Origin: Octopus vulgaris
Taxonomy: Eukaryota
Length of the DNA stretch: 64,000 bases
Assembly: GCA_951406725.2 (NCBI GenBank)
Contig: OX597816.1
Coordinates: forward strand, 79,918,001 to 79,982,000
Direction: 5' to 3'
Below the pieces are notes generated by a model. It was not told the DNA's origin. It saw only the letters and a list, made by a program, of their open reading frames with translations, and searched no databases. A program made the position numbers and the translations under genes. How positions within the stretch are numbered: the stretch's first letter is position 1; the number at the start of each line of letters is the position of its first letter. Shown in pieces: positions 1 to 12,330 of this stretch.

Positions 1-397
1 ATGTATACATGCATATATATTTGTATACATATACTTATACACACACATGCAGATTATATATAGATATAGATATGAAGAGATATATGCATATATTATCTTC
101 TCTTTCATTCTTTTTATTACTCCATTCCACTGGAGCAGTTCTTCTCATAGAGAAAAGCTATTAGGGCAGAAGATAAGTAAAACTTGCTATGTTTAATAGC
201 ATTACAATGGCTTTAAACTCATCCAATACCATGGCGATTAAAGAATTATATGGAAGTTTGAGTGGGTGTAAATCCACTGATTTTCTTTTTTTTTTTTGTT
301 GGAGCTGTTTCTTGTCGAGTTGGGAAGTGCTGCGCTCGCACATCGAAGTATTATTTCTCTCCCCATGTTTCTACTGTATTACAGAAATATACAGAAA

Positions 398-811
398 GGC
401 GGCGAGCTGCCAGAAACGTTAGCACGCCGGGGAATTGCTTAGCAGTATTTCGTCTGCCGCTACGTCTGAGTTCAAATTCCGCCGAGGTCGACCTTGCCTC
501 TCATCCTTTCGGGGTCGATAAATTAAGTACCAGTTACGTACTGGGGTCGATATAATCGACTTAATCCGTTTGTCTGTCCTTGTTTGTCCTCTCTGTGTTT
601 ATCCCTTTGTGGGTAGTAAAGAAATAGGTATTTCGTCTCTCGCTACGTCCTGAGTTCAAAATTCCACCGAGGTCGACTTTACCTTTCATCCTTTCGGGGA
701 CGATGAAATAAATGCCAGTTACGCACTGGGATCGATATAATCGACTTAATCCGTTTGTTTGTCCTTGTTTGTCCCCTCTGTGTGTAGCCCCTTGTGGGCA
801 GTAAAGAAATA
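398..811 (+). mobile_element. tRNA-derived SINE family A, dimeric form (head plus two tandem ~185-bp body units)
   Basis: Head GGCGGCGAGCTGCCAGAAACGTTAGC (A-box-like), GAGTTCAAATTCC (B-box-like), central GCCTCTCATCCTTTCGGGGTCGATAAATTAAGTACCAG; the body repeats from ~629; TSD AGAAAT(A/T)TACAGAAA at 383-397 and 812-826; many homologues in this window. Confidence 0.9.
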
Positions 812-2028
812 AGAAATTTACAGAAACAACCCAATACGCACACACATGCGCGCGCGTATACAGAGACTGGTACGAAGCGAAAAAAGAATTTAAATACCTC
901 ATCATAGAATCGAAACCACAACGTAAATTCGTTTTTTCGAATATCCACCACTCTCATGCATGCGCATAACACATAACTGTGTGTTTCCCCTTGCTTTTAA
1001 TGTTTTAGTCACCTGTACAATGTAATACACGCATACACCTTTCCTTTAATTGACTATTAAACAATATATAAACATACATATGTGTGTGTATGTAAGTGTG
1101 TGTGTGTGTACATGTGTGTGTGTGTATGTGTGTATGTGTGTGTATGTATGTGTGTGTGTATGTGTAATTTACTTGACTATTAAACAACCTGTTAATTACT
1201 CATTTGATTTCTTACTCTCTACCAATCGGTGCCGCCCCATATTGTCTAATGGCAGATGGATTGGAAGTGACAATGGGTAAAGGTGGAAAAAAGGTTATAC
1301 AAGTAATAAAGGAGAAAAAGAGTAACAGAGTAGAAGTTGTAAAAACAGTAGAATGAATATTAAAAATAAAAAAGAAAGGGAAAAAATCCAAAAGAACATC
1401 GACAATGTATAACTAACTCAGCGCTGCTAAAACTCTCTTTTGTATCACACTTCCGTTTGGCTTTCTGTTATGGCATAACCCTAGGCCGACTTCATGTCTG
1501 TTTTGTCCTCCCCTCTCTTTTCAATGTTTTAGGCACCTGTATAATAGAATACAATAGAGTACATGTTACGGGGATGTACGATCAAGCTTCAGGAAATCGA
1601 TCAGGGCGTGAAACGATTCTAATATACACGCGTATATCCATTTGCAAATGTATTTTTCCATATAGATCAACATGGATGCACAAAATTAAAAGGAAATTCA
1701 TATTTGTTTGAATATTGAAACGGCCGTATAATCTTTTAGAAATCTTTTCACACTGGTACCGTGTTTAACATTGTCAGATGTGACTGCCAACCAGTTTTAA
1801 TTGTTCGAATCTAAAGAAATGTGTGTAATCAAACAAGAAGCTTTTAGATGAATCTATTTATAAAAAAAAAAAGAGAAAAAATACTAAAGAAAATGAAAAC
1901 TCCAACAAAACATACAAAAGATTCAGTGAAGCGTTGTTTGTATACACAGCTCGAGGTGAGTAAAATCTAAAGAGAATAAGCGCATTGCTGTTATTGTCGT
2001 TTTTACTTTCTTTTTATATTGAAAAGTA

Positions 2029-2112
2029 GTTGAGTGTTGCAGATGGCCTAAGTCGATGAATTATCTGACTATAAGCTGAGAGGTTGATGGTTCGCATCCT
2101 GCTAGCAGCAAC
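2029..2112 (+). pseudogene. Degenerate tRNA-like sequence (tRNA pseudogene or SINE head)
   Basis: A-box-like TTGCAGATGG and B-box GGTTCGCATCC (2089-2099) at tRNA-like spacing; acceptor and anticodon stems pair poorly. Confidence 0.4.
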
Positions 2113-2159
2113 ACCAATTGCTTAGGTGAACATTTAGTTATTTCTGCCCCACTAGTTCG

Positions 2160-3700
2160 ACAAGAGGTAGACCCCCCTACTATAACCTCAATGGCCAAGA
2201 AGACCTGTAGAGAGAGATGGAACGGGTTGACCAGAGCTATACGGACCTCCGAAAACTACGATCATGTTAAAAACATGATCGCACATGCAGTGGGTGTGAG
2301 TACCCGAGTCACACTTAAGATCCACATATTCAAGTTTAATAACAAGATATATGCTCAAGAGGAAGGTGCAGCCATCGGTTTCAATATCACTGGCGATGAG
2401 GCTAACTTATTTATGGTATGGTGAGATAGGAGACTCAAATAGATAGTAGCAGAGAACTCCATAACCCTAACCATGTACTACCGCTATGTGAATGATGGCA
2501 ACATAATGGCCAAAGCACATCCACAAGACAATGTCGATGATTTAGAAGCTAACTCTATGGAGAGCATCCAGTAAATAGCTAACTTCATCCACCAGAGTAT
2601 TAAAATAACAATAGACTACCCTGGCAAGCATCCGAACTATAGGCTGCCGTTTTTAGATACGAAAATCTGGCTGGAAACTAAGAATAGTAAGATCCAGATC
2701 CTTCATTCCCATTTATGCCAAATCCATGGCTTCTAAATACCTGGTTCACAAGAACGCAGCTTTTGTAGACAATAGCGGACTTGGTGAGAATGATGAGGAA
2801 TGCGTCCCGCATATGCGACCCAATGGAACTGGAAAGACACATACAACACTTCATCTACCGCATGTAATTTACTGACTACAACCAAAGGGACAGGATTAGA
2901 GTGTATAAAGGAGCCAGAGCTAAGCACAAGGCCAGCATAGAGAGTAAGGCAAATGGAATCTGCTCGCTATACAGGAGTAAATCCTGGAGCAGCACAGAAA
3001 GGACCAGGAAAAGAAAGATAAGGCCAACTCATGGTATGACAACAAAAAATACCAGAGTATAATGTTCGTTGATGTTACCCCTGACAGCGAATTAGCATAC
3101 TATTTTTAGAAAAGCATTAGTTAATGTAAATCTCCGGATTAATGTACTAGAAAGGCCAGGAACCCCCATAAAATCCCTGATCTGTAGAACTTATCTCTTC
3201 GATACATCCCCATGTACGGAGAACAATTGCATAGTATGTAGGATGAACCCATAGGTTAACTGTAGTCTATAGCTTACGGTGTACTGAGTAACAGTTCAGA
3301 AACAAGACAACAACTTACCTTGTGGAGACGGCATGCAGCATAGGGGAGCGAATAAGTGAAAACTGGCTGGACGATAGCGGTATCAACAATATAAAGGGCA
3401 CGGATACGAACAGTGTAGCGAACAAGCCCATAAACACACACATAAGTACACATGCAAAGCACATAAACATGCATACGCACACGCACGCACACACGCATAC
3501 ACACACGCACACACACATACACACACATACACACACGAACAGATACAGACGCAAACGCATGCCTAGATAAGGATACACATCATAGGACAAATGGATTAAG
3601 CGGAGCAGAGGATACATGTGGATACATGTGGGAAAGGGTCACTGAAGAGGTCACAAACGTGTGACGAAAGATTTCCAGACAATAAACATAAGATAAAATA
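2160..3700 (+). mobile_element. Decayed Penelope-like retroelement (RT plus GIY-YIG endonuclease and 3' region)
   Basis: Translations KFNNKIYAQEEGAAIG...ANLFM, MYYRYVND (YVDD motif), KITIDYPG...RLPFLDTKIW, and GIY-YIG remnant ETACSIGERISE (~3322-3360); multiple stops and frameshifts. Confidence 0.85.
3638..3680 (+). ncRNA. Minimal type I hammerhead ribozyme-like motif (degenerate) at the 3' end of the Penelope element
   Basis: CTGAAGA (3642-3648), G, helix II GTCACA-AACG-TGTGAC, GAAA (3666-3669), very short helix III GATT, TC, then GAC pairing with upstream GTC; AATAAA follows at 3681. Confidence 0.6.
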
Positions 3701-5146
3701 AGAACAGTAATAAATGAGTGGAGAACGGATATATAGTGTGTGTGTGTTTATTCAGCACAAAAAAAATGACCATTCCGAAATATAACAAGGTCCTTACATT
3801 CTGTTGTAGAAAACAGTAATTTATTATTGAAATATAAAACAAAAATATTAAAAATCACTTAGTTTTTTACTCAATTGCTTGGCCCTTTCTGGTGTTCGTT
3901 TCACTTTTTCTGAAGAAAATCTGTTGCCTATTCCTGAATCATGTATTCAGTAAGGTAATAAATTATTTAAACACGGAGGCTTTTTTACCTACTCTAAAAG
4001 AAACTGTTTTATAAAACTTCTAAATCGCAACTAAATTCTGAAAATCCGCTATCTGGATCAGAATTCATCTGTTATATCTTGATTTCCCCAAACTCAACTA
4101 CGCATCCTATTCTGAACTAATTGCATATGGATGTCTCCTAGCCTTTAAAACGTAGATAAAAATACAGTTCTTTCGTGAATGCCAACGATGTCTAATACCA
4201 GTGCTTAGTAGCAGTTCCTGCGTACCAGAGTGAGAGAGAGAGAGCGAAAAAGATACAGAGAGAGACAGACAGACAAACATACAGACAGAGACAGAGTGAG
4301 AGATCATTCTTTGCATAACACGCATGCATATGTATACATTCGTATACATGCACATACACACATTCATATGTTTATTGTAGGGTACAGCGCTTTACGAAAG
4401 CAAACTGCGGTCCTTGCGCTTGCCATCTACACCTAGCAATCTGTAGAGCTTCTCAAATTTAAGTTGGGCAAAAGCAAATCTGGTCATGGACAGGCTGGAA
4501 GCATATCACAGGAAGCTTTACTTGCTGGCAAAATTGTTCTCAGCCCACTAAACATTCTTCAATTTGTCTCAGCTCTGCTTTTAGACGTGCCTTGTAATTC
4601 TTTATTTTTAACTTAACGCTAAGTGAATTTACTGGTTAAGTCGTGTCTTGACCAACTAAGCGAGTTAAAGAACACATTCTTTGGATGGATTCTTCATAGA
4701 AGTGTATAAATAAAGTTACTTTCCGCTATTTAGTCGGTCGCTGCTCCTAATGTTCTAACTTAAATGTACAAATGCAGCTTCTGGCTTACAATACTGTATG
4801 TTCTATTTAAACAGAACGTTAAATAATGAACGTTATTAGCTTAGTAGAATACATAGTCACGAGCAAAATAAATATTTGTGCTAAATGCCCATACATTCAA
4901 ACACCAATGACCATTTACACACGCGATTACACAAAGAAACTAGGAAGTTCCATATGTTCACATTGAACGCAAATTCTTGAGTAGGAAGTCCTGCAAAGAG
5001 AAGAAAGAATTCCACATACGATTTATTAGGATACTGGTACATATACACAAGTAAATACATATCTCATTCTTTTTATTTACCTACGCTTTCTCTTTTCTGT
5101 GTATGATGTATGTGTGTGTCTGTGTGTGTGTATATATAGATAGATA

Positions 5147-5212
<66 letters not shown>

Positions 5213-5225
5213 TATATATATATAC

Positions 5226-5638
5226 ACAGGTCGTCGTCGACTTACGACTGATCGACTTAACGACGATTGGCGCACCAGCTCCCGGCAGCAATGATAAATA
5301 GTCCAGTTGGAATCTAATGGGCTTAATTTCTTAGAAATTAACCCGTCTACGGATGACGTCAGCTAACAAACGACATCAAAGATGCACAGCCAAGCACCAG
5401 TCTACAATAAATTTTTATGTAAGTTTTGCAATTGATTCTTACACTACATTGTATATTTCTTGTATTTGCATTCTTTGGTACTTTTCTATGAACAAATAAC
5501 ACTGTTGTAGTATAATATAGAATGTTGCGCGTGACTTTTACGTCATAAGTTACCTTAAGAATGTAAAAATATAAAACAAAGCTATGTAGGCCTAAAGGCC
5601 GACTTACGATCAAATCGACTTACGACCAAATCGACTTA

Positions 5639-5640
<2 letters not shown>
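5226..5640 (+). mobile_element. Tigger/pogo-like DNA transposon end fragment
   Basis: Starts CAGGTCGTCGTCGACTTACGAC next to (TA)n and has repeated CGACTTACGA motifs at ~5238 and 5600-5637, resembling Tigger-type terminal and subterminal repeats; no matching inverted end found. Confidence 0.45.
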
Positions 5641-5709
<69 letters not shown>

Positions 5710-5724
5710 ATATATATATATATA
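5639..5724. repeat. (TATC)n then (TA)n microsatellite
   Basis: Directly visible tandem repeat. Confidence 0.95.
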
Positions 5725-5794
5725 CATGAATACATACATACATAATGCATACATAAGTGTATATACATATGTATTAATCTATCTATTTGTCTAC

Positions 5795-6097
5795 GCTTAG
5801 GGGTTAGCGTATTCAGCTCACAATTGTAAGATCGTGAGTTCAATTCCTATTTGCATGTTGTGTTCTTGAGCAAGATATTTTATTTTATTTTACTCCAGTC
5901 CCCTTAGCTGTCAAAAATGAGTTGTACCTGTAATTTAAAGGAGCAGCAATGTCACATTCTACGTCACGTTGAGAACTACGTGAAGAGTACGCGTGGTGTG
6001 CCTGTGGAGTGCTCAGCCACTTACTTGCACGTTAATTTCACACAAATAGGCTGTTCCACTGATCGACCCAACTGGAACACTCGTCGTCATAACCAAC
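5795..6097 (+). mobile_element. SINE family C (tRNA head plus CORE-like block)
   Basis: GCTTAGGGGTTAG...GAGTTCAATTCC head, TGTGTTCTTGAGCAAGA CORE-like block; 3' tail GTGGAGTGCTCAGCCACTT...CTCGTCGTCATAACC shared with the copy at 54643-55014; followed by (CA)n. Confidence 0.8.
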
Positions 6098-6098
6098 A

Positions 6099-6160
<62 letters not shown>

Positions 6161-6559
6161 TTATGACTTCCCTAGTTTGGTTCTGTTTTAGCATGATTAG
6201 AATTCATATTTTGGACTAAAATAGATGTGCAGAATAAAAAAATCTTCATAGTATTTTTATTAAAAACTTTATAATGTCTGTGTTGCGTCGGGAGTATCCA
6301 TTAACTATTTCTTAGAAAAATTTGCTTATATTGATAGTTACCTGAACGTTATACGGAGGAGTGAACCGAGTGAACCAGATTCTCATTTTTCTAGTCCTAA
6401 TATTAAGTATTCTAATGATTAGTTCAGTGAAATTGATTTTAAATCCACTTTCATACTGGGTCAAAGTGTTATAATTAAAAGAAAAAAAATCATTACTGTC
6501 TCTATTCCTTTGCTTACCCCCAAGCAGTTGAACAAAGAGCCACAGAATATTTGGAATCA

Positions 6560-6680
6560 AAGAAGAATAAGAAGGAGGAGGAGGACGACGACGACGACGA
6601 CGATGACGACGACGAGGAGGACGACGGCAACGGTGATGATGACGAGGAAGAGGAAGAGAAAAATGACGAAGAAAAAAGGT
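6560..6680. repeat. Compound trinucleotide repeat (GAA/GGA/CGA/TGA)
   Basis: Directly visible. Confidence 0.85.
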
Positions 6681-7424
6681 AGATAAAGGCAAAGTAGAAA
6701 ATGCAGTAGCAATGGTGAGAGGTAAAAATACAACATGCCATGTAAACACCATATGCCACCATGACAGGCGGCTTATATCCGGTAGTTTATGGCTAGCTAT
6801 GACTCTGTTTCTTCTGTATATTGACATACAACAGCGATTTATTAAAAAACGGCCATTTCGTTGCATTTATTTATGTTGTTGTTCTTCTTGATGATGCACT
6901 TTTTTTTTGCTGTTGTAGTTTTACAGTTTTGTTTCAATACAACCTACCAGCTTTTGATGTAGTCAATCATTTGGTCAACGAGCCACCAAGACAAATGTTT
7001 GACAAATTGATACTTTATGTTTACTGTTGCATTGACAAACGAAGGAAGTGAGCAGGAGAAAAACAGAAGATAAAAGAGATTTGCTGATGGTGGAACCAAG
7101 AGAAAGTAGAGAGCGAGTGTACACTTTATTCAGAAACATTAGTACTACCGCCTTAAAATAAATTCTTCGAAAAGGATAATTCAGAAATTTCTTATTTTGC
7201 TTCCAATTTAAAAAAATCTTTCGTGTTTTTTTTTATTTGTGTACTTTTAAGTTGATTGAAATAATAGATTGCTTATTGGTATAACACAGGATTTAATGTA
7301 ATTTAAATTCTAAGAATCAGAGTGAATTGAGCAAATGGATTAATTTCCAAATACCAATACATAGAACATAGTTCACTCCAACTGTTTTGATATGTTTCTT
7401 AAGAAATACACTTGTTAAAATTTG

Positions 7425-7567
7425 AGGGCGATAGATTGCAGAATCGATAGAGCATCAGCAAAAATGTTTTGCAGTATTTTGTTCCGGCTCCTCACGTTCT
7501 GAATTCAAGCCCTGCCAATGTCGACTTTTCTTTTCATCATTTTAAGGTCGATATGATAAAGCGATAG
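7425..7567 (+). mobile_element. SINE family A, interrupted by a hAT element (tail resumes ~8172-8235)
   Basis: GGCGATAGATTGCAGAATCG...CGTTCTGAATTCAAG...GTCGACTTTTCTTTTCATC homologous to family A. Confidence 0.7.
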
Positions 7568-8163
7568 CAGGGCCGTCGCTAAGCCCCGGCAACCCTTGCG
7601 GTTGCTGGGGGCCTTCGCGGTTGAAGGGCCCCATGTTAAGATTAAAGTACATAGTTGAGTCATCTATTTACTTTGGTTAAGATGTTGAACAAGAATTAAA
7701 CTATGTTAATTGAAATTTCAAGAAAGAAAATGGTAATACATTGTACCTGCAAAAATTATTGTAAGAAATACTACATTGTATCATGAACGTGTACCAGACT
7801 TTGTGGATTGTCTATGATATCTATTGAACACGAACTTAGCTCTCAGTTTGATAATTCTGAACTGATTGATGATTTTGCGAAGCGAAAATGCGCCGTGCTT
7901 GTCTTTGAAAGTTTCCTGGATTAAAGTGCTCTTTTATTCATATCTGGAAGTTTTACTTATTGAAATTTGTAATAGATCTAACTAAAATTAACTTGTACTT
8001 TTAAAGATGTTCTTTAGGATAACTTGAAATATTGAACTTCAGATAGAATAAAGTAAAATATAGCTATGAATAAAAGGTGCGTAAATTATGAATTTTGATT
8101 GAAGGGATGGGGCCTCGAAACAAAAAGTTGTAGGGGGCCTCTAAAATTCACGCGACGAAGCTG
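7568..8163 (+). mobile_element. Non-autonomous hAT DNA transposon
   Basis: TIRs CAGGGCCGTCGC and GCGACGAAGCTG (9/12); 8-bp TSD AGCGATAG/AATGATAG; internal 7796-7894 translates RLCGLSMISIEHELSSQFDNSELIDDFAKRKC, matching the end of the hAT C-terminal dimerization domain. Confidence 0.85.
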
Positions 8164-9117
8164 AATGATAGTCAAGTCCTCGTGTGCTTAGCACCCGCCT
8201 CCTTTCAAGGTTTTGTAGCTTTGGGCCTAAATTACCAATAATTGTTTTAGCTCTTGTTATTGAAGAACTTCTTATAACTCTGTTAACTGGAAATTCTATA
8301 TGTATCTAACGTTCCCCGAGCTATTCCTAAAATTAGGCACTGAAAATGCACATTTTGTGGATATATTGCTATATTGATGACAGTATGGAAAGTCCTTGAA
8401 TGTAAAAGAAAATAAGCAATATATAGAGCTGAATCATTTCTAAAGCTAATAATACTAGACGGTTCAGGCAGGCCAAATGATTTTGGAAGCAAATTTCTAG
8501 CTCAAGGCAAGCATCTGTGCAGGGTAAAAAATTTGAAATATGCAAGCTGGATAGGTAGCAAGGAAATCATATATAGGAAGGTTAAATTTATGGTAAAGAG
8601 GGCAATTAGAACCGCAGGCAGATCAGTGCTCATTTTTGCTGAAAATTATTGAAGAAGCATAAAGTCTATAACCGTCTATTCCGCTGCAGAAATACGCGAG
8701 AATTCATTTTTGAAGAAGATGGAAATCTATGCCATACATACAAGCACGCACACATGTAAAATATACAAACGCCCAGACACACATACACACAGTGCGCGCA
8801 CGCGCGTATATATAGTCTATGAATGAAAGAAATGGAATAGGAGCACCGAAAGCATCTTACTTAACTCAAAAGTGCTACGTAATTATTAGGTGCCCTTCTC
8901 ATCAGGCATTTGCCACCTATCAATTAGAGATCCTTTACCGTAATGAATTCGTAATGGAACCGGAAAAAGTTGTACTCTTCAACAGCCGAAGGGACAATGG
9001 AAATAGGAATTGATCAAGTTGTCAGTCATGTGCCTCGTCTTCAAATTACTTCAACGAGTTAGAATAGGGTGTGGTTTTAACGATGTCAGTTCCTTTTCTG
9101 TATAAATATATTTATTT

Positions 9118-9297
9118 CCCAAGCTGGACGAGACGCCTGTCCATCGCAGCGTTGCTCATTTTTGTCAGCTGAGTGGACTGGAGCAACGTGAAATGAAGTG
9201 TTTTGCTCAAGAACACAACGCGTCACCCGGTCCAGGAATCGAAACCACAATGTTACGATCATGGTGCTGACACCTAACCACTAAGCCACGCGCCTCC
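9118..9297 (-). mobile_element. SINE family C
   Basis: Minus strand reads GGAGGCGCGTGGCTTAGTGGTTAGG...GTTTCGATTCC...TGTGTTCTTGAGCAAAACACTTCATTTCACGTTGCTCCAGTCCACTCAGCTG. Confidence 0.85.
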
Positions 9298-9344
9298 ACA
9301 TTTAGTTACAAAAAGAAGCAATATCGATGGTTAAAGTCAATCGA

Positions 9345-9500
9345 TTAAGTTGATCTCAGTAGTAAGCTGGTACTTAATTTTATCCATTTCGGAAGGATAA
9401 AAGGTAAAGTTGATGTTGATAGAATTTTATCTCAGAACATTAAAAGCCGGATCACATATCGCATGGTATTTTGTCCGATGCTCTTATGCTACAGGTAGTC
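9345..9500 (-). mobile_element. SINE family A (diverged)
   Basis: CTGGTACTTAATTTTATC...GAAGGATAAAAGGTAAAGTTGA...CTCAGAAC is the reverse complement of the family A body. Confidence 0.7.
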
Positions 9501-10101
9501 CATTACAAGAATTAAAAACTAAAACAAATTTTACGACGTAGCTCTTCGAAAACAATCAACAACTTTTTTACAGCAAAGTAAACGGAGTCATCGAAAGTTA
9601 AGTTTTTTCTCTTTTTTTTTTCATCAACATATAGGCAGAACAGAATGAGAAACGACATTCAAAACAGGCATCAGAAGACCTTTCAAATCAGCAGTGTACG
9701 TCAATTATAAAAGTAACACGCGGGGAGCCAAACGGGGCAGACGAAAAGGAAAGAAATAGAAAATTATTTTAGGTAGACCATACATAAATTAAAAATATTT
9801 CTAAGAGTAACTGAATGCATTTTGTATGTATGAATTAGTAATTTGTCAAGCAGACCAAGACAGCTCGAATTCTCGTTTCTGTGAGATAATTAAGATTTCG
9901 CTCTATAGTAGAATTAACATTTGAAAAGAAATGCTGATAACATCGTGGTGTTGTCATGACTACATCCGATAAACACTCACCAGTTTTGACCCGCAGATCG
10001 ACAATTGAGCAATACGTCTATTATAGTAAGAAATTGAAAAATCGAAATTATATGCGTACATTTATTTACCCATACACGCACGCTCACGCGTGCACACACT
10101 A

Positions 10102-10147
<46 letters not shown>

Positions 10148-10279
10148 ACATACACACACACACACGTATGTGTGCTTGCACTATGTAGATGCATGTGTGT
10201 GTGTGTGTGTGTGCGAGTGCTGAGTATGTGTGCGTATGTTCTATTTATGTATTTAAAAAGAAATAGGGAAAAGGAAAGA

Positions 10280-10327
<48 letters not shown>

Positions 10328-10830
10328 AAAGGGAGATACGACAAGTGAAAAGATCAGAATAAGAAACAAAACAAAAAAAATCCAGACTATTTTAACAGAT
10401 GTTTCATTCAGCAAAATGGAAAATATAATAAGATAAAACTTACATTAATAAAAAAAAAATCCCATCTTGATAAAATAGTTATTATCCACTTGAATTTGAT
10501 AGATAGAACTGTATATTTAAAAGCTTACAAGTATTTCGTGAATGTACTAAAAATTATTTTATAATTGAGATAAACTCGACGATTATACCTACCTCGTTAA
10601 ATAGTTTATGACAGGTTTCACCTTTCCTGCTGCTTAGCTTCCGCTTTCTTGAACCAAGTTAACACGGGAATGAAAAGTGTAATTTTATTTGTAATACGGT
10701 AAGAAAATAAACTTCGATTAAAGAGATGTGTGTGTGTGTGTGTGTGTGTGTGAATGTCTATATGGAGAGAGAGAGAGATGTTCAAGTGTGTGTGTAAATA
10801 TATGCATTCAATATATATTTATGAATATCA

Positions 10831-11042
10831 AGGCAGCGAGGAGGTAGAATCGTTAGCACGGCGGGGAAAGTGCTGAGCGGCATGACGTCCGTGTTTATGG
10901 TCCGAGTTCAAATGCCGAGATTGAGTCTGCTTTTCACTCTTTCGGATCGACAAAATAAATACCAGTTGAGTGCTGGAGTCAATGTAATCATCTTACCCCA
11001 CTCCTCCGAAAATTGTTGGCTTATGCCAAACTTTGAGACCAA
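10831..11042 (+). mobile_element. SINE family A monomer
   Basis: GGCAGCGAGGAGGTAGAATCGTTAGCACG...GAGTTCAAATGCCGAG...TACCAGTTGAG. Confidence 0.8.
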
Positions 11043-11096
11043 TAAATATTTATATATGTTCATTTTTATATTCATATATCTGTATATAAATATCCG

Positions 11097-11128
<32 letters not shown>

Positions 11129-11154
11129 CATGTATGTGTGTGTTTGTATGTATG

Positions 11155-11213
<59 letters not shown>

Positions 11214-11359
11214 TAATCAATATAGGGTGGCAAAAAAAATTTTGTAGATAAATGTTTTTTAATTTTCTCCTGGTTTACGGAATTAATGTTATTTTGCGGT
11301 TAAAGCTTTTAGCTGTTATTTCTAGTGGGTGAATGGCCTATTATGGCCGTTCCTTGATT

Positions 11360-11409
<50 letters not shown>

Positions 11410-11519
11410 AAAAACTCAGACACGTATACACTTGCACAAACAGACAAATACACACATGATAACCAGAGTTATAAGTAATAATTTTTAATTTAGTTTCATA
11501 AACAGTGGTTTTTATAGAT

Positions 11520-12330
11520 TCAATCGACCTCGAATAGGTAGCGCTCCTCGCTCCCGATAGCCAAGGACATCTGGAAACTACATATTGCTAAAGTGGAACA
11601 TCTACCGATCTCATAGCCCGACTAGCAGTGAGTTATGAGCACCTGACGACACCCATCCTGCCAGTCTCGGTCTTCACTCAAGACTGTAGCTCCTGGAGAC
11701 GAGGTGCAGAAAGACGTGCCTCACAAACGGAACACACACGTTCACCGTCCAGAAATCGTTGCATGTGACGCAACCTGAGCGTATGTCTGCACATCAGAAA
11801 GCATGGCATACCTAACCCGCTACTAAGACGGTACTGGCAGTTGACTGACTTCATGACCATTGGAACACGTCTCTTAACGCAAGAAAATAGAGATATCTCA
11901 AATTAATCAAGCAGTAACCAAGGTCGTACACGATGTTCAAGTGATAAATAATGACAGAGGCGATATAAGCATTCACCATCTCTGTTCGATCTTCAGAGGA
12001 CAGCTTCCTCTCAGCACAATCCTGGGTAAAACTGGCCAATCTATTCGTCATCTCATCCCAGTTCTTATCTACTTGGAGGCCGGGAACGAACCAGACCCCG
12101 AGCAGTTTAACTGGTCCGTCAGTCGAGCGTCCAACGACCGTTTATTTTGAGCACCGAGCAGTTGCCGCTGTGCATTGCAGCGATCCAGCCTCTGAAAACG
12201 GATCCGAAACCGACTGTATTGAGGACAGCTTCCAAGTAGCGGTGGTCGACCCTGTCAAATGCTTCAGATTGATCCAAATTGATTAGAGCTCCATCGAAGC
12301 CAGCTTTAGTCCCAGCTCTCTATATAATGT
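11520..12330 (-). mobile_element. L1/Tx1-clade LINE ORF2 fragment (decayed)
   Basis: Minus-strand frames RKLSSEDRTEMVNAYIASVIIYHL and SSGLGMPCFLMCRHTLRLRH match the post-RT region of Tx1/L1 ORF2 (LSLxGRxxVxN...GGLGMP). Confidence 0.75.

Noticed and set aside
2029-2112. Functional tRNA gene
   Set aside because: The cloverleaf stems do not pair adequately; kept only as a low-confidence tRNA-like relic.
4380-4620. Complex GC-richer stretch as a possible exon or transposon ORF (similar case at 8380-8720)
   Set aside because: The frames I read contain stops and no motif was recognised with confidence.
6312-6866. 184-aa ORF with Arg/Pro runs
   Set aside because: Driven by a compound trinucleotide repeat; no recognisable domain or splice structure.
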